NCBI RefSeq assembly: GCF_020745735.1
Contig: NC_083427.1
Location: 3,813,438 to 3,877,437, forward strand
DNA: 64,000 nucleotides
Direction of reading: 5' to 3'
Origin: Hemiscyllium ocellatum
Taxonomy: Eukaryota
Shown here: positions 11,976-23,962 of the stretch, one piece after another
How positions within the stretch are numbered: the first letter of the stretch is position 1
Layout of the letters: each line of letters opens with the position of its first letter
Made by a program: the position numbers and the translations under genes
Notes under the pieces: generated by a model
What the model was told of the DNA's origin: nothing
The model's database searches: none
The model's input: the letters and a program-made list of their open reading frames with translations, nothing else

Positions 11976-12580
11976 ATGAATACCACCACAGGTTCACCTC
12001 TGTAGTGACATGGGCTGTATTGCTGTTCCTTCATTGTTATGGGGTTAAAGTACCTGGAATTACTAGCCCAGTAGCATTGTGGGTATCCTGACATGTCAAG
12101 GTCAGCGCAGGTTTCAGAAGGCAGCTCACATCTGCATTCTCCAGGGCACCCAGGGATCGTCATTAACGTTGGCCATCGTAACAAGGCCCACATCCCATCA
12201 ATGAATGAACAAAACACAAATATTTTCGACACTGCCTGATATTTCACGTCCTTCCTAAAGTACAGCATACACAAGTGGACACAACACTCCAGCTGAGATC
12301 ACACAAGTGTGTTAACACCATTTCAGCACAGCCTGTTCGCTGCGTTAGTTCGAGCCCCACCATTTTAAATGAAAAGAAAACAGAAATGGGGAAATACTTA
12401 GCAGGTCACTCCGTTAAAAAATGGGCAACGTCGATGATAGGGCTGGACATTTGATTCCTCTAGCCTGCTCCACTATTATAAAATGTTATGAAGATAGGAA
12501 AAGAATAATCACTACTTCTGGCTGTACTCCTTCAGAATGAACATTTCCCACTGCTAGAACCAGCCATCATCTGTCTTCCC

Positions 12581-12611
<31 letters not shown>

Positions 12612-13619
12612 ATCCCTCTGGCCCCCAAACTCCAGCCATTGAACACTGCTTTGACCACTCATCCACCGAGAGGCTCCAGCCTGAACTGACATTCAGCAAT
12701 GACTGATTTGGGGACATTGCTTTCCTGTTCAAGCAGGATTGGATATGGCAGCAGGCATGAGTTGCGAATTTTATTGAGACAATATCAGGACAAGTTCATC
12801 TGGTGTCAAGCAAACTCTAGGCCGCAATCGACTCTTTCATACAGGTAGTATTCGTGTTGAGAAGTAGACCGTATAACACAAAGTATTCCTCGCAACTTTC
12901 ACAGCCTCGATCTTTGGTCTTTAAGCTTTTTCACTCTGTCTCGCTGGCTGTTAATCTTCGTGGCCCCTCTTTGCTGCATGCCATTTCCTGGGGGAGGCTC
13001 TCTTTTGTCCTAAGTTCTGATCTGAAGGGCTCTTGCCCGAAACGTTGATTCTCCTGCTCCTCGGATGTCGCCTGACCTGCTGTGCTCTTCCAGCAGCACA
13101 CCTTCGACCCTTAACCCTTCCCTCCACCTCGTCACAGCTTGTAGGCAATACTCACCTCACTGAATCAAGGGATCATCTGCGTACTCTTTGTTGTTCTATA
13201 TCTCCCTTGTCTCGAGGCTGCTATATCCTGTTGTTTATTTCACTGACATCTCTGCACCAGCAGCTTCAAGAGCTTGCTTTAGCTTTTTTTTAACTGCAGT
13301 AAACCAGGCCCTCTGTAACTTGGCTTCTTACTAATACATTGTACCCTATTCCCTAAGCTTTTTCCACTCTGTTATACTGTTAAGCTGAGTTTCACGTGAA
13401 GTTCTTAGGGGTAAAGGGATCAAAGGGTAACACGCCTGCCGACTACCCAAAGCCTGTCTCCCCACCCCCCACAATCTGCAAGGCTCTAGTCAAGAGTGTG
13501 GTGGAATGCTTCCCACTTGACAGGATGACTGCAGCTCCAATAACACTTAAGATACCTTCCCGGGTCTATTGGCACCATATTCACAAACATTCACTCTCAC
13601 CACCACTGACGCTCAGTAA

Positions 13620-13900
13620 CTGTTGTGGCTCTGTTCGCCAAGCTGGGAATTTGTGTTGCAGACGTTTCGTCCCCTGTCTAGGTGACATCCTCAGTGCTTG
13701 GGAGCCTCCTGTGAAGAGCTTCTGTGATCTTTCCTCTGGCATTTGTAGTGGTTTGAATCTGCCACTTCCAGTTGTCAGTTCCAGCTGTCCGCTGCAGTGG
13801 TCGGTATATTGGGTCCAGATCGATGTGTTTGTTGATTGAATCAGTGGGTGAGTGCCATGCCTCTAGGAATTCCCTGGCTGTTCTCTGTTTGGCTTGTCTT
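13620..13900 (-). mobile_element. Penelope-like element 3' end (GIY-YIG C-terminus plus pseudo-LTR)
   Basis: Minus translation RQAKQRTAREFLEAWHS...SINKHIDLDPIY resembles the end of a PLE GIY-YIG endonuclease. A hammerhead motif follows. Confidence 0.75.
13658..13697 (-). ncRNA. Minimal type I hammerhead ribozyme motif
   Basis: GCA-CTGAGGA-T-GTCACC-TAGACA-GGGGAC-GAAA-C-GTC-TGC. Stem I GCA/TGC, stem II with one mismatch, intact core. Confidence 0.65.
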
Positions 13901-15329
13901 ATACCATGTACAAGATACACTGTAGTGACTCACCAAGGCTCCTTAGTACCTTCTAAACCCACACCTTCCACCACCTAGAAGGACAGGAGCAGCAGATACA
14001 TGGGAACACCATCCTCTGCACTTCCCCCTCATCCGTGAATTGGAGATTTATCACTGTTCCTTCACTGCCACTGGGTCAAAATCCTGGAATTCCTTCCCTC
14101 ACAGTGTTGTGGGCACAGCACACGGACTGCAGCGGTTCAAGAAGGCAGCTCACCACCATCTTCTGTCAGGACAGGCAATAAATGTTAGCCCAGCCATTGC
14201 TTTGCAGACCTCACAAATGAGAAAAGGGTATAGAGTACAATGATCAGCCATGATCATTTTAAATGGCGGGGCAGGCTCGAAGGGCTAAATGGCCTCCCCC
14301 ATTCCCATTTTCTAAGTTAGATATTCACTTCTAATAATCAACGTTACATGTTTCTTCTTGTTGGTGTCCTGGTATTCTTACAGCATGAAACCAGTCAAAG
14401 TATGAGCTAGCCCTTGTGATGTGAGAATGGACAAGAGCTGGAAGTGGGTCCACTGGTGACATATTATATGTTGTTATTTACAAAATAAAAGCAATATTTT
14501 CTCAAACCTTCACATACACACCCTCGGTGAATTACAATTTGTAGGCCAGACCCTTACTGCCACTTCCACCTGGTGCATTCTGTGTGGGTCAGCGGAGGTC
14601 GAGATACGCTGCTGCTGCAATCTCTGGGTTTCAGAGTCCCTGAGCATCACGGTAAAGACTTCCTTCTCGAATATAGGGGCAGACCCAGCTCGTGGAGATG
14701 GAAGCACACTGTGTCCGTCTGGTACTCCTTGGGGATTGAGAAATGGGAGAGTTTTCAGTGAATTCCCATTCCATGTCACGATTTTCCATCAGCTCTCTTC
14801 TGGACCACCGTCACATCGCTGCTCCCACTCTGCTGCAGACCAGCCTGAGGGAGGTCAGTGACACGTTGTAAACCCACAGATACAGTATCTGTCATCCTGT
14901 CTAAGGCAGCAGACATCTTTGCATGGTCAGGATCTGCACGGTTCCATTTAAGAGCTGTGCTTCAGGCAGTCTCCCTCTCCATGACTGACATGGTTTCTCA
15001 GACCGCCTCCAGCTCTACGGCAATCCATGCACCCTACTCCTTCAGTTCGGACCCTTTCCTATCTCCCACCTACCTCACTCCAGCATTGGTGCTCATGATT
15101 TTAACTGCGGAGTCCATGAGCTCTGGAATTTCCTCTTTAAACATCTTTGTCTTTTGGTTACCTGTTAAAAGGGTCAGTTAGCTGGGCAGCTGGTTTGCCA
15201 TGCAGCGTGATTGCTGACATCATGGGTTCAATTCCACACTAGCTAAGGTTACCAAGAAAGACTCTCCTTCACTTGAGACCCTCAGAATTAACTCCCACCT
15301 ATTGTCTCTTTTGAATGAGACAGTAGCCC

Positions 15330-17230
15330 GAATAGAGCTGTAGAGCATGAAAACAGACTCTTCAGTCCAACTCGTCCATCCCAACCTGATTTCCTAAATA
15401 AATCCAGTCCCATTTGCCAGTCTTTGTCCCATGAGGGTCCTGACCACAATGTCAACTCCTCTGTTCCTCGGACACTGCTGAGCTGCTGTGCTTTTTCCAG
15501 TGCCACACTTTATCATCTGCAGTCCTCACTGTCTTCTAGCATTTGGCCTATATCCTTCTAAACCCTTCCTATTAATATACCCATCCAGGTGCTTTTTAAA
15601 TGTTGTAATTGTACCAGCCTCCACCACTTCCTCCAGCAGCTTATTTCATACACGTGTCATCCTCTACGTGAAAACATTGGCCCCCAGGTCCCTTTGAAAT
15701 CTTTCCCCTCTCACCTTAAACCTATGCCCTCTAGTTCTGGATCTCCCCACGGGAAAAACTTTGTCTACTTATCCTATCAATGCTCCTCATGATTTTATAA
15801 ACCTCTATAAGATCACACTTCAGCTTCCGATGCTCCAGGGAAAATATCCCCAGTCTATTCAAGCTCTCCCTGTTGTTCAGACCTTCCAACCCTGGCAACA
15901 TCCTTGTAAATCTTTTCTGAACCCTTTCAAATTTCACAACACCCTTCCACTGGCAGGGAGACCAGAATTGGACACAGTATTCCAAACGTGGAGGAGCCAA
16001 TGTCTTGTACAGCTGCAACATGACCTCCCAATTCCTATATTCACTGACCAATACAGGTAAGCATATCAAGTGCCTTCTTCACTATCTTATCTACCTGTGA
16101 CTCCACTTTCAAAGAACTATGAACCTGCACTCCAAGGTCTCTTTGTTCAGCAACACTCTGCAGGGCCTTACCATTAAGTGTATAAGTCCTGCCCTCATTT
16201 GACTTTCCGAAATGCTGCATCTCATTTCCATCTGCCGCTCTACAGCCCATTGGCCCATGTGATCACGACCCTGTTATACTCTGAGGTAACCTTCACTGTC
16301 CACTGCACCTCCAGTTTTGGTGTCATCTGCAAACCTATGTTCACATCCAAGTCATTTACTCAAAGAACAAAAAGCAGTGGACCCAGCACCGATCCTTGTG
16401 GCACACTGCTGGCCACAGGCCTCCAGTCTGATGGCAACCCTTCACCACCACCACCCTCTGTCTTCTACCTTCAGCTCAGTTCTGTATCCAAATGGCTAGT
16501 TCTCCCCACATTCCATATGATCTAACCGCACTAACCAGTCTACCATGAAGAACCTTGTCAAACGCCTTACTGAAGTCCATCTAGATCATGTTCATCTCTC
16601 TTCCCTCATTAACCCTCTTCGTTACTTCAAAATCTCTATCAAGTTAGTGAGGCAAGATTTCCCACACACAAAGCCATGTTTACTATCTCTCATCGGGCCC
16701 TGCCTTTCCAAATAGATGTCCCTCAGGATTCCCTCCAACAACATGCCGACCACTGATGTCAGGGTCACTGGTCTTGAGTACCCTGGCTTTTCCTTACTAC
16801 CTTTCTTAAATAGTGGCACCACATTAGCTAATCTCCAGTCTTTCTGCACCTCAACCTATAGCTGTCAATGATACAAATATCTCAGCAAGGGGCGGTGCAA
16901 TCACTTCCCTAGCTTCCCCCAGAATTCTGAGGTATACCTAATCAGGTCTCGGCGATTCATCCACCTGTATGCATTTTAAGTATGCATTGTACTAGGGACA
17001 TTTTTCATGAGGTTGCTATTTATTTCCCCACATTCTCTATCTTCTATATCCTTCTCCACAGTAAACACTAATACAAAATACATGTTTAGTCTGTCCCCCA
17101 TCTTCTGCAGTTCCACACACAGGTGGCCTAGCTGATCTTTTAAGAGACCCTGTTCCTTCCCTGGTTCTCTCTGTCATAAATGTATTTGTAGGATCCCTTT
17201 GGATTCTCATTAACCTATTTTGCCAAAACT
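15330..17230 (-). mobile_element. CR1 LINE 3' portion (RT C-terminus and 3' end), decayed
   Basis: Minus translations LANVVPLFKKG..KPG, KHGFV.GKSCLTNL, LEYCVQFWSP, ERVQKRFTRMLPGL, DLIEVYKIM. Confidence 0.9.
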
Positions 17231-17237
17231 ATGTGAT

Positions 17238-17351
17238 AGGAAAAAGTGAGAACTGCAGATGCTGGGGATCAGAGCTTAAAAATGTGTTGCTGGAAAAGCG
17301 CAGCAGGTGATGCTGCCTGACCTGCTGTGCTTTTCCAGCAACACATTTTTA
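17238..17351. mobile_element. Fold-back element (family 1, centre deleted) with 13-bp TSD
   Basis: AAAATGTGTTGCTGGAAAAGC...GCTTTTCCAGCAACACATTTT. AAAACTATGTGAT at 17225-17237 and 17352-17364. Confidence 0.75.
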
Positions 17352-17439
17352 AAAACTATGTGATGTCTGGTAATATGGTGGCAACTTTAACTTTACCTGG
17401 GATGTGGGGGGGGGGGGGTGCGGGGGCAGGGAGAAGTGA

Positions 17440-18270
17440 TCAGATAGGTAGAAATTGACCTGTGTGTGTGTGAGAGAGAGAACAACCATTAGGGAGACAA
17501 ATCAATGGATAATAGTATGGCAGGGAGAAAGAAAAGCTGACCATGGGGCCATAAGTCGGTGAAAATGGATTGGCTGAGCTGAAAGCACCCCATGTCATGA
17601 CAGGGTGTGGGAGTGGGTCAAGGACATGGAAGTTATTGTTCAAATTGTAAAAGCATAGAAACTGAAAGAACTGTGGATGCCGTAAATCCGAAACAAAACC
17701 AGAAATTGCTGAAAAGATAAGCAGGTCTGTGGAGGGAAATCAAGAGTTAACATTTCAGGTCATGTGACCCTTCCTCGGGATGGGGTTTGTGTGTGTGTGT
17801 GTGTATAAATATGTAAAATTATAGAAGACAATTATTGAGTCCTGAAGGGTCGCCAATTGGAAACTCAGATGCTGTTCCTCCAGCTTTTGCTGAGCCTTCC
17901 TGTAACAGGCCTGAAGCAGAAATGTTGACCAGAGAATAGGATGGTGCGTTGAAGTGGCAAGCAATTGGAAGCCTCAGGGAACTGCAGCTTTTCTTTCTGG
18001 CATTCTGCCCATCCATCCCTTTATCTCCCTAACTGTAGTTCTTCTCTCTTTGGTTCCATCTCTGGCTGTCCATCTGACTCCTCACTCGCTAACCCTGCCC
18101 CCTTGTCTTCAGCCTATGTATCACCTTTTCTTAGATACCATCAGTTCTGAAGAAGGGTCACTGGACTAGAAACATTGACTCTCCCTTCTCTGCACAGATG
18201 CTGCCAGAGTTTCTCCAGCCATTATGCTTTTGTTTCAGAGACCCAGCATCTTGCAGCTGCTTTGTTTTAT
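17440..18270. mobile_element. Penelope-like element relic with GIY-YIG tail and inverted pseudo-LTRs
   Basis: Minus frames LPIACHFNAPSYSLVNISASGLLQ and QKLEEQHLSFQLATLQ (PLE endonuclease C-terminus). Hammerhead-like motifs at ~17745-17780 (-) and 18143-18180 (+). Confidence 0.7.
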
Positions 18271-18307
18271 GAATGAATCCAGCTGAAGATCTACCAGAAG
18301 GGGAAAG

Positions 18308-18842
18308 GGGGCGGGGCTGGAGGACCGTGTGGGAAGCGGCTGGTCCTCAAACCAATGGGGGTGAATGAGGGGCGGGGCTGGAGGACCGTGTGGGAAGCGG
18401 CTGGTCCTCAAACCAATGGGGGTGAATGAGGGGCGGGGCTGGAGGACCGTGTGGGAAGCGGCTGGTCCTCAAACCAATGGGGGTGAATGAGGGGCGGGGC
18501 TGGAGGACCGTGTGGGAAGCGGCTGGTCCTCAAACCAATGGGGGTGAATGAGGGGCGGGGCTGGAGGACCGTGTGGGAAGCGGCTGGTCCTCAAACCAAT
18601 GGGGGTGAATGAGGGGCGGGGCTGGAGGACCGTGTTGTGCGCGGCTGGTCCTCCAACCGTTGGGCGTCAAGAAGGGGCGGGGTTGGAGCGCGAGCCGCTG
18701 TCAAAACAGCGGAAGCGAATGGGGGGGGGCAGGGCTGGAGGACCGGACGGCCGTAACTGGTCCTCCAGCCAATGGGGTGGGGGCAGGGCTGGAGGACCGG
18801 ACGGCCGTAACTGGTCCTCCAGCCAATGGGGTGGGGGCAGGG
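18308..18842 (+). repeat. Tandem array of promoter core module (5 identical 61-bp units, 1 variant, then 2+ units of 54 bp)
   Basis: Unit GGGGCGGGGCTGGAGGACCGTGTGGGAAGCGGCTGGTCCTCAAACCAATGGGGGTGAATGA starts at 18308, 18369, 18430, 18491, 18552, 18613. Confidence 0.95.
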
Positions 18843-19290
18843 CGAGTGAAGGCCAGCACCGCGTGGAGGCACGTGCTCAACCCCTCCCGCGCAGTCGCAG
18901 TTCCAATGTGATTGAAGTCTTGACGATGGGCTGGCGTTGCTGAGGAGATGGTAAGGTGGGGGCTGAGACCGCGAAGAGCGGCAGGAAAATGGAGCTCATG
19001 GGGACTGGGTGGTGTCGTAAACATCCGGTATAGGTCTCCGGACGCGAGTTAGAAACTCTCAGTGTCTTTATTCCTCTCAAGGGAGGAAGCGGCTGCAGGC
19101 CTCAGGTGGTGACAGGCCTAGATACCGCCGCCATCTTTATTGGGACAGTGTTGCCCCTTGCGACCGCCATGTTTATGGGGGGCAAAGGGCAATGGGGCGA
19201 ATGCACCTCCCTCCTTTGCCAGGGGATGGATAGGGGGAGTATTCACACAGAACAAACTCGAAGCTAAAGAAATGTTGGCTTCTTCTGAAT
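18843..19290 (+). promoter_or_regulatory. First exon/YY1 arm of promoter P2 (ZNF gene B)
   Basis: Candidate donor ATG|GTAAGG at 18951, GGCCTCAGGTGGTGACAGG at ~19098, paired CGCCAT(C/G)TTTA at ~19129 and ~19166. Confidence 0.7.
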
Positions 19291-20573
19291 GTCTGCCGTG
19301 AATCCAAAATCTCAAAGTAAGACTGCAGCATGATTCAAGAAGGCAGCTCATCATCATCATCACCACCTTTATCAAGGGGCAACTCAGGATGGATAATAAA
19401 TACTGGCCAGCCAGCAATAACCAGGTCCCATGTGTGAATATTAAAAAAAAAGAAAATTACACACCTTTCAATCCTATTTCATTTACTGAAACCCTTCCAG
19501 ATTTCAGTTTTGAGGAAGATGTATTTACTCTTTTGATGCTTCCTGACCTGCTGAGGATTTCCAGCAGTTTCTATTTGTGTTTCTGCGGTGAAAATACGCC
19601 AACTTGGTAATGTGAAAATCTAGTTGGAAGCTTGTCATGAATTGAAAACTCCCCCTCCCCCAGGATGGGAGTCTTCGAGACCAGTGAGCATGTTTGTAAG
19701 GTGAGAGGATAACGATTTGAATAAAGATATGAGGGGTAATGTTTTCACACCAGGTGTGGTTCATCTGTGGAATGAAATCCCAGAGGAAGTGGCAGATGTG
19801 GGTACGGTTTAAAAGACATTTACATAAGTACATGAATAAGAATTGCTTGGAGGGAATATGAGCTAAGCGCAGGTAGGTGCGATTGGTTTCGTTTGGGATT
19901 ATGGTTGGAATGGACTGAAGGGTCAGGTTCTGTGCTGTATGACTCTGGTTGTGAACAGTCTGGTTCAGTCTCAGACAATTACCAATAACTGTGATGGAGA
20001 AGTTGGTGAGGGATTAGAAAATCATATGATGGCTTCAGCCTTCCTAACATTTAAATGGTTAACACCTCTGTTCATCTATGCCAGGCGGGTCAGGACATTG
20101 TGACTTGGGGGTGGTCGTGTTCATGCTGTACCATGGTCCTTCACAGTGGGAAGGTTGAGGATTTGGAAGATGCTGTTAAATTACTGGTTGAATTGTAAAT
20201 ATCTACAATCCCTCTGTTTCACCCCCTGTCTCTCTCACCTCTTTTTCTCTCTCCTTCTCCATCCCCCATCCAGTGAGGCCAGGATTTTGTGTACACCCAC
20301 ATTGAATAGCAGATTCCCTTCCCTCATGAACCATCTCTGGTTTTAGGACAATCCAGCAGTTTCATGGTGCCAGTCGCACAAATGTTCATCACTTAAATCT
20401 CTCCATCTGCTGTTGAGTTTTCATATTATCTTCTTCACTCCCTTTATTTTTCAATTAATGTTGCAGGGTAGTTAAAGGAGTCCTTTTGCAGTTGGGAAAC
20501 TGAAACCAAACATCACAGAGGATCTAATGGATTCACCCAGTATATTGTAACCCGAATATCACTGGCTTCAGGC

Positions 20574-21812
20574 ATGGAAGAAAAAAGCAGCGTTCCCACT
20601 GGGGAGAAACCGTACATGTGTTCCGTGTGTGAACGAGGCTTCAGCCGACCATCTGACCTGTCGCGGCACAAGTGTGGTCAGACTGGCATCAAATGGTGGA
20701 AATGTGGGAACTGCGGGAAAGGATTTGATTACCCATCCCAGCTGAAAAGGCACCAGCGCAGTCACAACGGGGAGAAGCCGTGGAAATGCACAGACTGTGG
20801 GAAGGGATTCAATTACCCGTCCGAGCTGGAGATTCACTGGCGTACTCACACTGGAGAGAAACTGTTTACCTGCTCCCAGTGTGGGAAACGATTGGCTCAC
20901 TTACACAGTCTGCTGATACACCAGCGCGTTCACACTGGGGAGAGACCGTTCAGCTGCTCTGAGTGTGGGAAGGGATTCACTACCTCATCCCACCTGTTGA
21001 CACACCAGCGGGTTCACACTGGGGAGACACCTTTTAAATGCCCGGATTGTGATAAGTGCTATAAAAGTTCCGGGGAACTGATGTCCCATCAACGTGTTCA
21101 CACTGATGAGAGACCATTCAAGTGCTCCCACTGTGGGACAGGGTTCAAGCACTCGTCTCAACGCACTGTACACCAGCGAATTCACACCGGGGAGAGGCCG
21201 TTCACCTGCTCTGAGTGTGGGAAGGGATTCACTCAGTCATCTGACCTGTTGAAACACCAGCGGGTTCACACCGATGAGAAACCTTTTAAGTGTCCAGACT
21301 GTGGGAAGTGTTTTAAAAGTCCTGGGGACCTGATGTCCCATCAACGTGTTCACACTGATGAGAGACCGTTCAAGTGCTCTCAGTGTGGGACTGGGTTCAG
21401 GCGGTCATCTGACCTTATCGTACACCAGCGGGTTCACACTGGAGAGAGGCCGTTTACCTGCTCCGAGTGTGGGAAAGGATTCGCTCAGTCATCCCACCTG
21501 CTGATACACCAGCGAGTTCACACTGACAAAAGGCCTTTTCAGTGTCCAGAGTGCAGCAAGTGCTTTAAAAGTTCTGGGGAACTGATGACCCATCAACGTG
21601 TTCACACTGACAACAGACCTTTTAAATGCCCAGACTGTGGGAAATGCTTTAAAAGTTCTGGGGAACTGATGTCCCATCAACGTATCCACACTGACGAGAG
21701 ACCGTTCAGGTGCTCTCACTGTGCGACTGGGTTCAGACGATCATCTGACCTCCACGAACACCAGCGGGTTCACACTGGGGAAATGACTGTTCACCTGCTC
21801 TGTATGAAGTGA
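20574..21812 (+). CDS. C2H2 zinc-finger protein B (14 fingers, first degenerate; frameshifted 15th)
   Basis: 412-aa ORF. Acceptor TTGCAG at ~20466, AATAAA at 21950-21955. Confidence 0.92.
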   Translation: MEEKSSVPTGEKPYMCSVCERGFSRPSDLSRHKCGQTGIKWWKCGNCGKGFDYPSQLKRHQRSHNGEKPWKCTDCGKGFNYPSELEIHWRTHTGEKLFTCSQCGKRLAHLHSLLIHQRVHTGERPFSCSECGKGFTTSSHLLTHQRVHTGETPFKCPDCDKCYKSSGELMSHQRVHTDERPFKCSHCGTGFKHSSQRTVHQRIHTGERPFTCSECGKGFTQSSDLLKHQRVHTDEKPFKCPDCGKCFKSPGDLMSHQRVHTDERPFKCSQCGTGFRRSSDLIVHQRVHTGERPFTCSECGKGFAQSSHLLIHQRVHTDKRPFQCPECSKCFKSSGELMTHQRVHTDNRPFKCPDCGKCFKSSGELMSHQRIHTDERPFRCSHCATGFRRSSDLHEHQRVHTGEMTVHLLCMK

Positions 21813-22549
21813 TTCACTCAGTCATTCCACCTGCTGAGATGAGTTCACGAATAACTACAGTTAGTCACATTGAGGACTGAACCATGTCCATTGCGGTGTT
21901 TCTGTTGACCTTAATAACCTTATAGATATGAACATTCTGTATAAAAGTCAATAAATCAGCTTTCTGGTAAAGTGTTTCGAGTCTTAATATTTCTAATGCC
22001 AGTTCCTTCTTTCTGAAGGAACATTCCCGTTTCCCCCCCCGCTCCTCCTCACCTCCAACAAACGGTTTAAACAGCCCATGGAGCTCCTCTGTCTCCATCT
22101 TCATGACAATCTGATCAGCTGCTGCTTTTGAGTGATCCAGTAGCCCATTGGGCCAAACTGTCCCTGAAGATGCCCCCCCGCCTAAGCGTAAACCCACAGT
22201 TTTCTTTAGTTTCTCCCCGGTCTCACCTCTGAGCCCATTCTGCGTGAGACCCACCTCCAGCTTCATCTACCTGGCTCGCTCTTAAATTGCTGATTGCCCA
22301 ACTCCCCCATATCTGTTGATAATGTGAATACTTTTCTCTTTAGGTATTTTTGTCCTCTTCTTCAAACCTCTTAAATGAACGTTGACCAGCCAGTCCTTGC
22401 AAACCGTTGCCCCACTTCCAAGCTCCTTTTCCTCTCCAATGTCCTGGAACATTTCATCACCCTCCCAAATCCCAGTCCATCTTTCCCAGAACTCTGTGAC
22501 TGAAATCCGATTTCTGCCCCTGCCACAGTACTGAAACAGATCCTGACTA

Positions 22550-22955
22550 GCTGCAAATCTTAGCAGGATTTATACACTTAATGGTAAGGTCCGAGGGAGT
22601 GTTGCTGAACAAAGAGACCTTGGAGTGCAGGTTCATAGCTCCTTGAAAATGGAGTCGCAGGTAGAGAGGATAGTGATGAAGGTGTTTGGTATGCTTTTCT
22701 TTATTGGTCAGAGTATTGAGTACAGGAGTTCGGAGGTCATGTTGTGGCTGCACAGGACATTGGTTCGGCCACTGTTCGAATATTGCCTGTAATTCTGGTC
22801 TCCTTTCTATCGGAAAGATGTTGTGAAAATTGAAAGGGTTCAGAAAAGATTTACAAGGATGTTGCCAGGATTGGAGGATCTGAGCGACAGGGAGAGGCTG
22901 AACCGGCTGGGGCTGTTTTCCCTGGAGCGTCGGAGGCTGAGGGGTGACCTTATTG
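22550..22955 (+). mobile_element. CR1 LINE fragment
   Basis: [43 protein letters not shown]. Confidence 0.9.
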
Positions 22956-23809
22956 AGATCTCTGAGATACATTTATATAGATTCACTCACTCAATCAGTG
23001 ATCAGATCTCACTGAACTATAGCAACTACTAATATTGGGTTGATCAACTAAGGAAAGGCCCAAAGATTTGCCAGATTCATTGGGACATTTTAAATCAGAT
23101 GACCAAACTCTAAGCCAAAGAGGTGGATGATAAGGAGTATATGAAAAGAGGAAAATGAAATAGAAAGTTGGAGGGGGCTAGGGAGGAAATTCCAGAGTTT
23201 AGGTCCCAGGCAGCTGAAGGCCCAGTAACCTATGTTAGGGTAATTAATATTGGGGATGAAGGGGATTTACTAATGGTATTCCGTGTATTTAGGCCTAATT
23301 ATACATGCTCAAGGCCCAACTTTAAACTGGGTCAAAATCAGACCATCCCTGGAGTCAGAGAAACCATTTTCTGAGTAAACATTTTGTAAGATCTTTATTT
23401 TTTAATACTGTAAATGCGAGGACCAGTTGAATCCTCCTGTTTCATCAATGAGAAGTGATTGCAACAAGATTAAAATCTTGCAGGTTTTAATGTTCCAATC
23501 AGAGTATATTTTGAGATTTCAAAAGAGGAGAAATCAGAGATTTGGGTTCCTCTTCACAGCATGGCATTTTCTCGAAAGGGTCCACCTCCCTGTTCCCAAT
23601 CACAGTTCATGCGAGCAATGCTCACCTCCCTTAATCATCTGACGGTCTGTCAGTGCACTCAGTTGACTTGCAATGCAGGGTGATGCCAACAGCATAGATT
23701 CATTTCCCACATGGAATAAGGTTATCATGAAGGACTGCTTTTGCGACTTCTTCCCCTTGCCTGAGGGATGGTGACCCTCAGGTTAAACCACCACCAGTCA
23801 TATCTATCT

Positions 23810-23962
23810 ACAGTTGTATAACACTTTGATCTTTTACTATAAATTCTGTGTCCTATGATCCTGCCCCACTCGTTACCTGATGGAGGAGCAGTGCTTCGAA
23901 AGCTTGTACTTCCAAATAAACCTGTTGGACTGTAAGTTGGTGTTATGTGATCTTTAACTTTG
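23810..23962 (+). mobile_element. Penelope-derived pseudo-LTR (family 2) with mutated hammerhead motif
   Basis: TAC-CTGATGG-AGGAGC-AGT-GCTTC-GAAA-GCTT-GTA followed by the family-2 tail AAATAAACCTGTTGGACT. Confidence 0.6.

Noticed and set aside
18308-18842. CRISPR-like look (palindromic repeats with spacers)
   Set aside because: The units are identical tandem copies with no unique spacers, there are no cas genes, and the context is a vertebrate promoter.
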